Made by a program: the position numbers and the translations under genes
The notes under the pieces: model-generated
Seen by the model: only the letters and a program-made list of their open reading frames with translations
What the model was told of the DNA's origin: nothing
Database searches by the model: none
Source: Phoronis australis
Lineage: Eukaryota; Animalia; Phoronida
Assembly (NCBI GenBank): GCA_002633005.1
Contig: NMRA01000436.1
Location: forward strand, 321,891 to 385,890
Length of the DNA stretch: 64,000 bases
Direction: 5' to 3'
Shown: positions 48,201 through 61,130 of the stretch, one piece after another
How the letters are laid out: each line of letters opens with the position of its first letter
Position numbering within the stretch: position 1 is the stretch's first letter

Positions 48201-50576
48201 CATAATAATTCCGGGCTAAATATTCCTCATTAGAGCTTGCAAATCGTACTACAGACCACGAAACTTTAAGTGACTGCTTTTTACATTTCTGGCCGTGAAC
48301 CCGTTTTCAACACCCTGTTGGACACCGTTTTTTTTCAGAAAATTCGTTCGGAAACAGCATTTATGATATCTAGGTCACACTGTTCGTGACCTCCGCTATC
48401 GGCAAACAAGGGAACTGAATTATGCTCTCCACAGATTTGATTTGAAAATGGGTTTGGGCTCAAATATTGCCTTCCGGACGATTGGCTGTGACCATCAACA
48501 TGGGCAAACTTCAAACTTCAATGGACACAGTATGTTTTTCTCGCTAGCTATCGGCAAATTGCAGAGTTGTCTCTCCTAAATCAAAATTCCTCGGAAAACC
48601 CCTTCTTGTGTGTATTTCTGTGGGGGAATAGTTAGCTGCTGGCTGCGCATGCGCACTGCCTATGTCAGATATTTCTGGTACACTTTGTTTGGGTTTCCTG
48701 TGGGCGTCCGTCTTTTGGCGTCCGCTGCTTATCTCCTAAAACCCTTACCAGGTCTTGTTGAAATTTGCTAGTTGTGCTCCTATGAAGCTGACGCAACATG
48801 ACAAGTTTCGGACGTATCCGACTACCGCTGTGCCCCCTAGTGGTAATTTTAGCTTTGCACGTTTACCTCCGTATCTTCACAGTTCCTCGATGAATTTTCA
48901 CGAAATTTGGTGTATAATTTTATTTTATTAATTATGATGCCACTCTCTTTAAGGGTGGATTTGGCGTATTTTACGCCACCTTGCGTCTAGTTTTGTTATT
49001 TCTATGTCCTTTTTCTGGCGTCCGCCCTCTATCTGCCAAACCGCTGAAAGGAACATTATAATGACAGATGTGTTCGTGATCAGAAGGCCACGACAGACGT
49101 TGATTTTCAGACCTGTCCGACACGAACTGCGTCGCCCCTAGTGACGGTTTTGTTTTGCATCTGCCGCCGAATCACGTTATCCCTTTAAAAGATCTTTGTG
49201 AAATTTGAAAAAATGTGTTTCAATGGAGCCGACAAGAGATAACTAAGAGTTTGGGACGGATGAGACTACCGCTGTGACAATTTTAGCTCGTTGAAGTATC
49301 CTCCGAGTTCCTTGATGCATTTAATGGACGTCTGTTAAGAAGACGACAATGCCTTTCCATTTTCGGACAGATTTGATGTTTCTGCTGCTCATGTTAGCCT
49401 CTCTATCTGCCAAACCACAGAAAGGAACATTATGAAAATTGCCGTTTAAGCACCTTATGCGAAGACCGCGACTGGCATTGATTTTCGTTGCGTTTCGACT
49501 ACTCTGGCGTCACCTGGTGACAATTTTACTTTTTGAGTCTACGGGTGTATTCCCTTTACCTTTGAAGGATCTTTACAAAATTTGGCGTATGTGTTCCTTT
49601 GGAGATGGCAACAGTTGACGACGAGTTCCAGACCAGTCAGTCTGTAGTTGTGCCTTCTGGTGTCAATTTCAGTTTTTTTACGTCAGCTTCTGGAGCTCCT
49701 TAGGTTTTTTCATGAAGTAATAAAATAATTTTGTATCAAATAGACGATGCCTCCTTTATTTCTGACGAGGTAATGACATATTCTGCGGCATCTAATGGCC
49801 ATTTTTATAAAACATTATCCTCTGCGCATCACCCTCACCTTGCATTGGAATCACAAGCACGGCCGGGTCGAAATTTCATGCAGCAATCTATGCTGCCCCT
49901 AACGGTCTTCACTACATGGACACAGCACTACATTATGCATACCAGTTCCGCCCCATTAGCAGACATTCAGAACATTGATCTTTACTAGTAGAGAACCTGC
50001 ATAGTAGTGAATCTTCAAGTAGTGACATGTACATGTAAATAACTTACAAAATCTCAATTGTTTTAAATCAAGAGGCGGAGTCCTTATTAATGCCCTCTAC
50101 GTTTAGAGGTACAAGTGAACCACCACCTGGCTTTGAGCGTCCCGTTTCGTCCAAAGACGACTGACGAATGTTTCAGATTTAATTTGGCGGCTGTCACAAA
50201 AAAAGTTTCGTGGATAAAGCAACCTAACGCTTAACGTTTGCAATAGTGTGGTCAGCTTCAATGTTACATTCATTTTACCAAATTCTGAAAAGAGCTAATT
50301 TTGGCCAGCCGTTGTTGCGCGCAGTGTAACAATTCATCGTTGCTTCTGCAACCTCCATGTCTTGCTAAGCGTTATGTTTTTGTTTCAGCTGTGCATCTGA
50401 CCGGCATGTACTATAACCCAGCCAACGCAACCATCCAGACGTTTGGCTGTAGCGGCGCCACCAACTTGCAGTTCTTTGCTGTTTACTGGATAGCTCCTTT
50501 AGCGGCGTGTTATTTAACAATACTCGCTGATGGCTTGGGAATGACCTATAGGGAGACGAAGTTGAAAACATCTTAA
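45209..50576 (+). CDS. Unorthodox aquaporin (AQP11/AQP12-like superaquaporin)
   Basis: Exons 45209-45785 (STFQVIACSLEN...GNPCG...LQLLGG..A..YAKRIWSLGLSELH...C..DL...G.LLE) and 50389-50576 (LTGMYYNPANAT..TFGC.G...FAVYWIAP); phase 1-1. NPC first box, NPA second box; AATAAA at ~50640. The start exon lies upstream (candidates at 40032 or 31083). Confidence 0.9.
47656..48008. mobile_element. Two adjacent GGCGGATCC-terminated MITE-like repeats in the aquaporin intron
   Basis: caggggcggatccagg...ctggatccgcc (47656-47772) and catagatggatatagg...tggatccgtctatg (47796-48007). Confidence 0.6.
48690..49920 (+). mobile_element. Helentron/DINE-1-like repeat with degenerate internal tandem units
   Basis: gcgtccgtc 5' motif; repeated ctctatctgccaaacc...gaaaggaacattat and gaaatttg...gactac...cccctagtg units; 3' hairpin gcagca-atcta-tgctgc. 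Related to 2830-3817. Confidence 0.5.
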
Positions 50577-51577
50577 CTGCGCCCATTGGATCTCCATAGG
50601 AGGTGACGGGAAAAAGAACAGGGGTCTCCTTATCCGGTTAATAAAACATTTGTTATTGAACTTTCCTCTAATGGCGGAGATGGGGACTTGCAGTACATGA
50701 TTAAGCTCATGCAACTTCAATGTGGCAAATGCACTTTAGTTTGACAATTCCCGACAAAAGTTAATGAGCAATCAAGGCGGTTTGGTCGGGCATTGGTACA
50801 TGTATACAGAGAGGTGTGGCTAGAATTACGCTATATTTATCATTCTGACCAACTGTGGTGCTTGATTGGCTCATTGGGTGTTAAGTACAGTAATCTACAT
50901 AGGCGGGCCCGGCCCCCCCCCCCCTCCACCCCTTGGCTGCCGCAAAAAAATAAAACAGCAAGAGCGAAGCGGAAATGTTGAGTTTATTAATTAACCCCGG
51001 TAATTAAAATTATGCGGATGAAACAAGATTTCATTGTGTGAACTTTTAGTGTTGGGGGGTTCAGATCCAATTTCAAGTGTCAAAGTCCGAACACGGCGCA
51101 ATCGTAACGGAACACTATGGCTAAGTATAGGCTCTCCCGCGATATCCCAGGCTACCGGCAGTGGCGCTGCGCACAACGACTCCGTTTCCGTCGTCTGCTC
51201 CACTGTGCAATGAAAAAAATTACTTCATTTTGTAAAGAAAATGGAAGCTGAGTGACGATGAAAAAACAGAAGCTGCTGGTAAGATATGAATTTTAATCGA
51301 AGCCTTAGTGAATCACTCAGAAACTCATAATCTCATAATTCTCTCTTTGTCAAACCATAACTGTGACGATTTCCAAGGCAATCGCGTCATTATTGCCAAC
51401 ACGAAAAACGGATTTGGTCTTTTGGGCAATTGAAGACTATTTTAAATACAACAAATTTGTTACGAACCGATTGCACAAAATATAAAACGTGTACTAAGAA
51501 TTACAAAAAGTAGGCTTCGCGCGCAAACGCTGTGGACCATAAACAAGTAGGTCTCTTTGAGTCTAATGAAGAGATAA

Positions 51578-51645
51578 ATCGTGGTGGTGTAGTGGTAAAG
51601 CACGCGCGCTCTATCCGCCAGGTCGTGGGTTCGAGTCTGTGGTTA
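51578..51645 (+). mobile_element. tRNA-derived SINE head or tRNA pseudogene
   Basis: A-box-like TGGTGTAGTGG and B-box GGTTCGAGTC at tRNA-like spacing; no convincing acceptor or anticodon stems. Confidence 0.45.
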
Positions 51646-52544
51646 ATGCAGTTGATCCTGTTGGACACGTTCACCGTGTATTTTTTTGCCTTTTTTCTTG
51701 GATAATACTTCAGGAATCAAGGAAAATGCTTGATTTTTAGAGTAAAATACAGAAAAATTGTCCTGGCGGCAGGGGGGCAAACACCCCTCCCGGCCTCTCC
51801 CCATTTGGTGCTACATGTATGCGCATCTACAATCGTGCTTTGCGCAAATGCTTACGGACAAAATGTTATGTTGCCCCCCCCCTTGTGATTTCCTAGATCC
51901 GCCACTGATCTAAGCTGCACAGCGGATGGGTGTCAATGGAATAACTTATGGTTGAATTACTTCCGGTTCAGGAGAGCTAGGCTGCCATCCTCCCTTGCTG
52001 CAGATGCCTGAGTTATAGATCGGCCCAATGAAGCCCCGTACCTTATGTAATATCACCTTTATGCAGCTTACACAATTCCATTAAAAACAAGACTATGGCC
52101 ATTGTTGCTGATCTTTTTCCTCACCTATTCATAATAAGGGGAATGTATTATAACATGAGGAGACATTTCTCCGCATATTTTTTGAAACGTCAGTGTTGGA
52201 GAAATGACGACCCTCGGTAAAATATTAATTAGTGAATACATTCCAGTGCGTCGGCCAACCATGCCAATCGATGAAATCTGACCGAGGGTCTGCTTCTCAA
52301 ATGCTAATGTACACATTGTACACTTTGGGGGGGGGGTTGAATGACGTGAGTTTTGTCTGATCACTAGTAGAACTTGTATTTCATGCACGTCGCTGAGCAA
52401 GAGTGCTACACATTCTGCCAGCTTTCACAAATATTGCCTTAGTCACTTAAAAGTCGAGAAAAGTTGTGTACAATGATAAACAGTACCAACTGGTGTAATT
52501 CACTTACCTACCACTTGTCGTTGTTTGCAGGTTAATAGACAAGC

Positions 52545-52706
52545 CAGGGGTGGATCCAGGATTTTGAGCTGGGGCGGGGCAGGGCAGAGTATTAGCCAGG
52601 ATTTTGCCCGTCAGTCATTTGCACCCCCAAACTACCAAATGGAATCTGGGAGAATTTTAGGGGGGCATGGCCCCCTTGCCCCCCTCCCCCTCTAAATCCG
52701 CTTCTG
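52545..52706 (+). mobile_element. MITE-like repeat copy
   Basis: CAGGGGTGGATCCAGGATTTT...AATCCGCTTCTG; core near-identical to the 36328 and 38388 copies. Confidence 0.8.
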
Positions 52707-55210
52707 CAGAGCGTAGCTTAGACACGAGAACCTCGCAAAACTGCGAGATGTTGCCGTGTATGTATTCACTTGCTTCCTTCTCAAATCTCGTGTCTACGGA
52801 ATTCTGCCTGGCATAATGTATTTTCCCTGGCCTAGTGAATTTCGCGGACTCAGGGAACTGTCTGAGCGCAAAGAGCTTCGTTTGCGAGAAGCATAAGCAT
52901 AATACATGTAGGCTTTGTCCGAATGTTGAATTCCACCGAAGTTGTCTGGGCACGTGTGTCTTCATGCTCATGGTAAAGGGTTTCTGCTACACGTTTGGTA
53001 AGCGAGAACGTCAACGTGTGACGTTGCATTGATTGTTTGCTTACTGCGTCACTTACATTTTCACGGAGACTCGGCGTTCACAACGCGGAAACAATAGTTT
53101 AGATATAATGTAGGTTCCCAACGATTTTTCCTTAGAGTTCCCACCATTCATTTTCTTAGATTTCGAGGTTTCAGTTAGCTAATATGAAATGAATACCATA
53201 GAATCTAATTAAATAAGCACCTTCGATGTCAAATAGTCGTGATGTTTTTTTTTGTTTGTTTTTTTATTTTTTTTAATTTTGAGCGAGAACTGGACTATTG
53301 GTATGCAGGCAGAGAAGAGAGTGGATACGCAGCATCGCATTCAAGTATTTGATTCCTACTTAGCGAATTTTCGTGGGCTTTGAGGCCGTATACGAATTCC
53401 GCCCACTTGCACAAGAAATGATGCAGACATAGGCTATGTGAGCCACAACCAACTGAATCAAGAGGTGGTCAATATTCACAAATTAGACACTTAATAATCA
53501 CTGACAAAGGTCACAGTAAACCTGAGTCACTCGTATTCACCATTGCCATGATGGCATGAGCACGGCCTGAACGCAATGCACAAGCCTACATGTCGTAGCT
53601 CTCGATCTGGGCCGAGATAGAGAGCTTGGCATCATTCGCCCTAGAATGCAGTCGGTTTCTCCGTTATTTGTAAAATTTGCAAATACACTTAACAGGTGGC
53701 GAGTCGTTCATCGTAACGCCGCTTTTGTGTTTGGTCGAAACACGATTCCTTGAAACGTGCTGAACAAAGTGTAGCTCACAACTGAATCGCATGTTCCACA
53801 ACGACATTCCACACTCTCGTGCGGCGCACAAACCGATGCTATTTCTGTGTGTGAGGGGACGTTAGTAACTGTACGCTTATTGTTATTCTTATTTAGTTAT
53901 AATTATTCAGTTATTCTTATGCTAATGTTTTTGTTGCGTCTCAGTGCGCCTTTTTTACGTGGATAGTACATGTATGCGGGCGTGACAGTAGGGCCTATGT
54001 GTCGGGGACTTTTCTAGCGACAGGCTTCGGAGAAGGGTGTTTCCTTCCTTTGCCTACATGTATGTGGAATTGAGCGTTATCATTATGTGTAACTGAACTG
54101 AAATGTATGCGTGACGAGGTGAAATACACATTTTTGGTGTTTGGAGACTTGCTCTGTTACATGTGCAGCTTTCACGTATTTAGGAAATTTGAAAACAGAG
54201 ACGTTCTAATTCAAGTTGCTGTTGCTGCAGTCTTTTCATGTCTGAAAAAGGCACTGGTAAAAACAACGGCGGAGACGGTCTTCCACCCATTACGTACAGA
54301 AAAATATTTGTTAAGTTTTTTTTATTGGCTTATTTCTTAGCGACAGGTATTAAATACTAAAGGCCATTAAATCTTTTAAGATGTACAGTGTATTAATGAA
54401 ATTCTTTTTAGGCGCAAGGTAATGGTGGCATTTCTTTGAAGGGCGTCAAGTAAGTGCAATAGTTTAGTGTTTATCCAGGAGATACTACAAGTTAGCAACC
54501 ATCGAGTGCCTAACCGGTGATCGCGATCTACGGAGTCACCAGCGCTACTGCCGCAGTCTGCGGATAGAGCATGCGCTTCTTTAATTGTTAATATTTGGTC
54601 TACTTTTCGTCAGACTTTCCAGGGTGACACCTGGGGCGGTCCACCCCAGGTCGTGTTATTTGGGCATGTCGCTACTACTGTACACAGGTCTGTTACCACG
54701 CCCAAACCTTTGCCGCACATGTAAATCGATTGTGGTCAGATCTGCATGTGTGTCAGTCGGGGACGACAATGGACGAAACTAGGGTTGCTCGAAAGTCGTC
54801 CAGTACAGCAATGAATGTGAAAGTGACCGAGAAGGTAAGTTCGACTGCCTGTAAGGCTCTTAGATCCCGCAAGAGGATTGTAGGTTTCTACGCGGTGCGG
54901 TTTAGAGCATTTAGGCCTAGTAGAACGCTTTTTACATGTATCTCTGCTTGCGCAGTATGGTCGAACACTTCCAGCCCCGTCAACGTGCTCCTCGTCATTG
55001 GAACGGCAGATGATTGTTTTAGAGGATATATGGTTTACCTAGACAGTTCTTTACAAGTTTCACTAGGCTTGATAAAGTGACTGTTCATACGCATGCGTTA
55101 AAAACTCTTGACAGCGTGTCACACGTAAAGCCCGTGGGCATTTATTCACAGGCTAGGCCACATTGCCTCCACTGAAGGTACACTCGTTACATGTACCGGT
55201 ACGTTATATA

Positions 55211-58200
55211 CGGTAAAGTCGCGTGATTTTCGGACACTGAAAATTAATTCCAATAGAAAAAATTCATTCTTGGACGAATCTCGCGAAATATCATTTTGTG
55301 GTGTCCGAATTTGGCGGACCTCCAAATTTGGGTTTCCGATAGTGTCCGAATTTCGTGGGTGTACATTATTTCGACCAGCGGTCGTAGTATCAACAATGCT
55401 GGCTTGGTCATTTGATAGCAGTATAATTGCAGGTAAATGAGACTCAAATGGTCTGAGCGATTAATTTTTGAAAATCTGGCTTTCCCAATAAGAAATGTGC
55501 GTCGTCGACGCACAAAGAACGTTCCCAACAAGTGTTGCTTCTTCTTTTCAAAGATGTGCTTTCTCAATATGAAATATTCGGCTTGCATTGCCGATGCTCA
55601 AAAACCGTTCTCGGCAAGAGACGGAATCTTTTCAAAACTGCGCTATCTCACTTGAAATATCGGCCGGGCTGCGTTGTGGAGAGTCTTCCTGGTGACAAAT
55701 ATGGGCTTTTCAATGAGTGGGTCTGGTTTGCGTTGTTGACGCACATGAAACGTTACAGACAACCGATTCTCTTTTGTAAAAATGCGATTTCTCAATAAAA
55801 ATGTCGAGTTTGCGCTGTCAACGCATGGTTTCCCAATAAAAAGCTGGACTTGCGTATTCGGCGCACAAAGAGGGTTCCCGACCATCGAAACATGCGCTTT
55901 CTCAATTTTAACGAATTTTGCATTAAACGTAACAGTAATGGATGTGGGAACGAGTTCAGTGAAGAAAGTAACGAACAATGACAAGAACATAGCATATATT
56001 TATGTTTTTTAAACGTATCCATGCATTGTCTGCTGGTTACAAACCGAAACGCAAGTTAACTCTGACACGTTTATTTCCATATTATCTGAAAGCTCAGTGT
56101 CAACATAAAAACTTTGATTGAATAATTACCCAAAACAGATTAAAAAGACAATCATGATTATAAAACGAGTAGTTTCTCATCTACTCGTGATCCCCATTTG
56201 TCGTCCTGGTAGTCGTCTGAATTGTTGAAGAAGCGNTCAACATAAAAACTTTGATTGAACAATTACCCAAAACAGATTAAAAAGACAATCATGATAATAA
56301 AACGAGTAGTTTTTCATCTACTCGTGATCCCCATTTGTCGTCCTGGTAGTCGTCTGAATTGTTGAAGAAGCGCTGTCGTTCTACATGTTTAGGCCAACTG
56401 CAAACGATGGGAATGCGTCGACTAGTATAGTGCTGCGCGGCTGGAGACACGATTAACTAACATATTGTATATATAAGGGCGTTGACTAGAAAGCAAATGC
56501 AATTTCAAATGCTACCAACATCAAATTCACCCAACCTTTTTTTACCATTAAAACCTTTCTCATCCACAGCCTTTGAAACACCCGATATTAACTCAGTGAT
56601 ACACTGGCGCGTCTTCATACAACTGAGGTGACCTAACACATCTGGGTTCACTTACGTTTTCAACCACAGTGAAAACTGACTTGTGAAATCTGTTTGTGGA
56701 TGAAATGAAACTGATAATTGTTAGCATTTTCTGATAATCTGCGAGGAAGATAACAGGGCCGTTTCTTCTGGTCGTCACCAGTTTAGCGCCATCCACGGTC
56801 ATCACCAATTTCGCGCAGCTTAGTCTCCCTCAGTCACTACTAATTTACGCCGCCACCCCTCCCCCCCTCGGCCTCCTGCTGCACACCAATGTCGATTTTG
56901 TGCCACTAATTCTAAGGGAGTCTGCTAGGTGCAACCCCCTGCCAAGACCGTTGTTGCACACGTTGATACAATAGGCTACTGGGCAGATCACGACTGTTAG
57001 AAGAATCGAATAGTGACGACCTGAAAAGAAAAACGAAAGCACTCAATTTGGGACAGGTAAACTCATGAAGGACGTAAACCAGGCAATTCAAGAACCGGTC
57101 TACTATTTATATACTTGCTTTTCTTTCTTAATATACATTTAACCAATTACAATTCATCTATGTCGACCGTTTTCATTTCATTGCGTCATATATTTGCTAC
57201 AGTTACGGAAAATAGTTCTTCCCACAGGTCTCTGCTGATGGACACTACACACTTCTGCTAACAATTAAAGTATGAACAGTCGCGAGTTTACTGAAGTCTC
57301 ATTATAAGTACAGAAATGTTGTTGAAGAATAACAGTGACTATCTGAAGACAGGAATACATAACAAAATAAAATATAGAAGCACCAAACAAAAATCAATAC
57401 AACACTTACCTGTTGCAATAACGCCTTAAATGCGAACGTACTGACCGACTTGCATGAACGGAATGTTAGTTGAACATGTTAGTAGAACAAAACTGTCTCA
57501 ATGAAATTTTCATGGTTTACAGGTTTGAGAAGATCCACCGTAAATTTCCGTATATAAATCCAGAAGAAAATATGGCCAATTTACGTATCTTAAATTTTTT
57601 CCTAAAATATACCTAGGATGCATATCTGAGAATAAAAATGCATGCTTGAAATCTAAAAAATTCATGGTTTACAGGTTTAAGAAGATCCACCGTAAATTTC
57701 CGTATATAAATCCAGAAGAAAATATGGCCAATTTGCATATCTTAAATTTTTTCCTAAAATATACCTAGGATGCATATCTGAGAATAAAAATGCATGCCTG
57801 AAATCTAAAAATAATGCTATTCCCACTAGGATATAATTAGGGTGAGCTACAGTATTTATACTGTGTTCATGTATTTGGCATTGCTGAGTATAGGCCCTAG
57901 TGTATTTTTACATAAGACGTTTGGTTTCCCCAACTTATATACGGAAATCGCTGGTAATACTTCCCAAAATTATTTACCCTTGCTGCAAGTAAGGCATCAC
58001 CTCGGGTAAAAATAGAACAAAAATAATTAGCAATGTAACAGTCAACACAACTAAACACACTTACAACTGAAATGCCTCTAAAACTATATTAAGTAATACA
58101 AAAAGCATGGTCTGTAGTTTAAGATCACGTTTCTTTTTTGTCTCAAAACTATCAACTGAAGGCGGTAACATGGACAAGAAGGCAAGGTCTTGTGGAAAGT

Positions 58201-59818
58201 AGATATCGAACTCCGGGTCGGAAACACTTATCAGGTTCCAAGCCCGTTGCATCGAACTCCAGGTCCTGTATTCTTGTTAGCCTACCCAGGACCACAAGAA
58301 GCAACGACTACCAAATCTGATTCAACTGACTTGTCATTTTTCGAAATGATTGGTGGAGGATTTTCTTAGCCGCCGCAGACAGAGAGTGACACAGGGTCCC
58401 GGTGTCCTTGTCGGTATTCATCTTAATCTCGGGACACCATGGAGTTCAGGGTGTTGTACCTCAGACGGTACAGGGTGTGTATTAACAAGACCACAAGTAC
58501 ACAGACCAGTGGATGTGCAAGCAAAATTGGGTCGCCGCAAGTTAAATCTTTTTTAGGTTTACATCTGGGGTAAAGCTCGTAACGCTAGAACTTCGCTAAA
58601 AAGCAAGAATTCGTGAAATTACCTGATGTATTGTGTTTTTGAATTGAAAGCGTGATTTTGGCTAGATTTTTGTATTTCCCAAGACATCTACTGAACTCTA
58701 CCCTAGTCTGCGACCAGGGGCGCAAGGGTGAGAATCTCACGAACACACTAGACTGAAGACGTCGAGACGTTTGGTGAGGCATTGCAAACGAAGCACACGA
58801 TCACACTATCTTCTTTAGCGAGATTCTTGCATCTGCGATGCTTATCAGAGAGCAACAGACAATTTGTAAGGGTAATAAAACGTGGTTACGTGGATGTACA
58901 TTAGTTTTTGATATGTGTTATAGCACACCGGCGTTTACACAACATAGGACAGGGATGCAATGTCTCTGTAACAATTGCGTGTGCGCCGCGCCCCTTTCTG
59001 AGTGCTGGGCCTTGCACTATGTTTGATTTTTAACCAGCTTTACTTTGGCTCTGTCTCATTCGGCTGCTGCTGTTCACTATCTATACTACTTTGAACGCGC
59101 GATATCCTACGGACAAACTTAGCTTTGGCCTATTGTGAATGGGGGCCTAAACAAAAAATATTTCTCATCACATCAAGAATAAAATCGGGACACGTCGCCG
59201 GAGATTTTAGCCACTAACAAGGGCATTTGCAAAGGCCAGGACGTTTTAAAAATAAAAACATTTCGTAAACACGCAAGTTGATGTCAGGCGTGCAAGTTCA
59301 ATGTCACAGTCCGAAGTCGAACAACACGGTCTAATTAAACCAGAGCACATGTTACGCTACAACAAAAAACTGCAGCTTTCGGTGCATTTCCCATTTGTAT
59401 TTTCATCAGAAATTTTCGTCATGCGGGACTCGGTGATTCTTTCCATAGCTAAAGCGCCAAACACAAGCTAAACGCAAGACAATCGAGCAACGATCATGAC
59501 ATCGTCAAGACAAGGTAAAAATTACAAAGCCCGTTACACCAATTCTCAGATTCAAGCCTTATAGAGTAGTAATCATCCGCTGAACGCTTTAGTGACACGG
59601 GAGTTGCGTCGATCCCAAATTAGCGTTTCTAAAATTTTCCTTGTCCGAAAGTCGCGGGGCAAAAATCCGACGTTTATGACATTGTCTGAAGTTCGAAGAT
59701 CATTAAAAAACAGTTTTTGGACCTTGTCCGAATTTCGTGGACTATGAAAAACTCATTTCGGAAATATTTATTCTTGGTCGAAAATGGCGGGCTGTCCGAA
59801 AATCACGCGACTTTACCG
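55211..59818. mobile_element. 4.6-kb non-autonomous Tc1/mariner-pogo-like TIR element
   Basis: Perfect 26-bp TIR CGGTAAAGTCGCGTGATTTTCGGACA / TGTCCGAAAATCACGCGACTTTACCG, TA on both sides, repeated tgtccgaa subterminal motifs at both ends. No transposase ORF seen. Confidence 0.8.
57511..57810. repeat. 150-bp near-perfect tandem duplication
   Basis: catggtttacaggttt...gaaatctaaaa occurs twice with a few substitutions. Confidence 0.9.
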
Positions 59819-61130
59819 TACCATGCGTCTCCTTAGTGTTTAAATCATAGTGATCATAGCACTTGAAGTTTGGACTGCCAGTATTGCCTTTTGTGAATAT
59901 TTGGTAGAGTATAAATTTGTACGTTGAACAAAATAATTAATTTTCTCGTGCCACACTGGATATTTTTGCCTTTGTGTGCAACTTAAGCAAGTTGTTTCTG
60001 AATTAACAAAAAGCAAGATTGTGTTAGGAGGCAAAAACGTAATTCAGCTCAATTTGTCCGATTTTTTATCTTTGTTCAAATAGAAACCTGATTTGTCTGT
60101 GTTATGGCATTACCTGTAACCTCATGGTATGCGAAAAAAATGCTTAGAAAAATCTAAACAACAAATAATTATGTCAAGCTCTTCTTTCGGGCTGTTGAAT
60201 AACGTGATAAAGATGTTCTGCCAAAGGTTAAAACATATTAAACCCACATATAGTGCCATCTTTAAAAAAATGTCTAATTTTGTTTGTTGAGATTCTGTAC
60301 ATGGTAAAATAGTCTGTGACTGATTTAACTATTATCCTTCATTATCATTATGGATCAATGGGTTTCACTGTCTACTTCTTCGGTGTGTTAAGTCACTGTC
60401 ACAAACTTGAATTATTCTACACAAAGTGTCTAATATTGGAAAATTTGATTTGATTGATGTTCATTTGTGGTGCTAAGGATGTATGAAATGGCCTTTTCTT
60501 ATCATTTGAATAGGCTGAGAACAGCTTACCAGCATGAGCCATTCTTGGGATGAGGGCCCCATTTGACCTGAATGGATTTCTGCTTGCACAATCGTTGTTT
60601 ACCTATCATGACAGAGTGAATTTCAAGTTCTTCATTGTGGTTGTATGTGGCTTTATTAAAACGATGCACTGCCTTTTAAGTTAGTGAGAGGAGGCAGTGT
60701 TCCCGTTTTCTTTACTCGAGGTCATGGGTACGAGTCCCACCAGGTCACACTGCTAAACCCTTGAGCCAGGTTTCTAGCTACTCAGCTCGGTTTTAACCAT
60801 ATATTAATAAAGCATAATAATATTTCCAGGTGATCAGTGCAATGGGCCCACATGCGAGGCCTGCGCACGTCTGGTACAACGTGTATCAGACCGCCTGCAA
60901 TTATTTTTTTTATATTTAAGTTAGTGTATGTTACTGATACTGTAGGCAGTGAGGCAATAATCACTTATGGGGGTCTTGTTTTTTTTGCTTTTTGAGAACC
61001 AGCTATGACACCTGTTATTCAGTGGAGAAAGCTGGTTCTCAAAATTCAGGACCCCTGTGGCTAATACAAGCATCGACAAACAGCTTATTGCATCATTGTG
61101 TTAAATAAAATAATGTTCATTTGCCTACAG

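Noticed and set aside
51578-51645. Functional tRNA gene
   Set aside because: A and B boxes are present, but I could not fold a complete cloverleaf; more likely a SINE head or relic.
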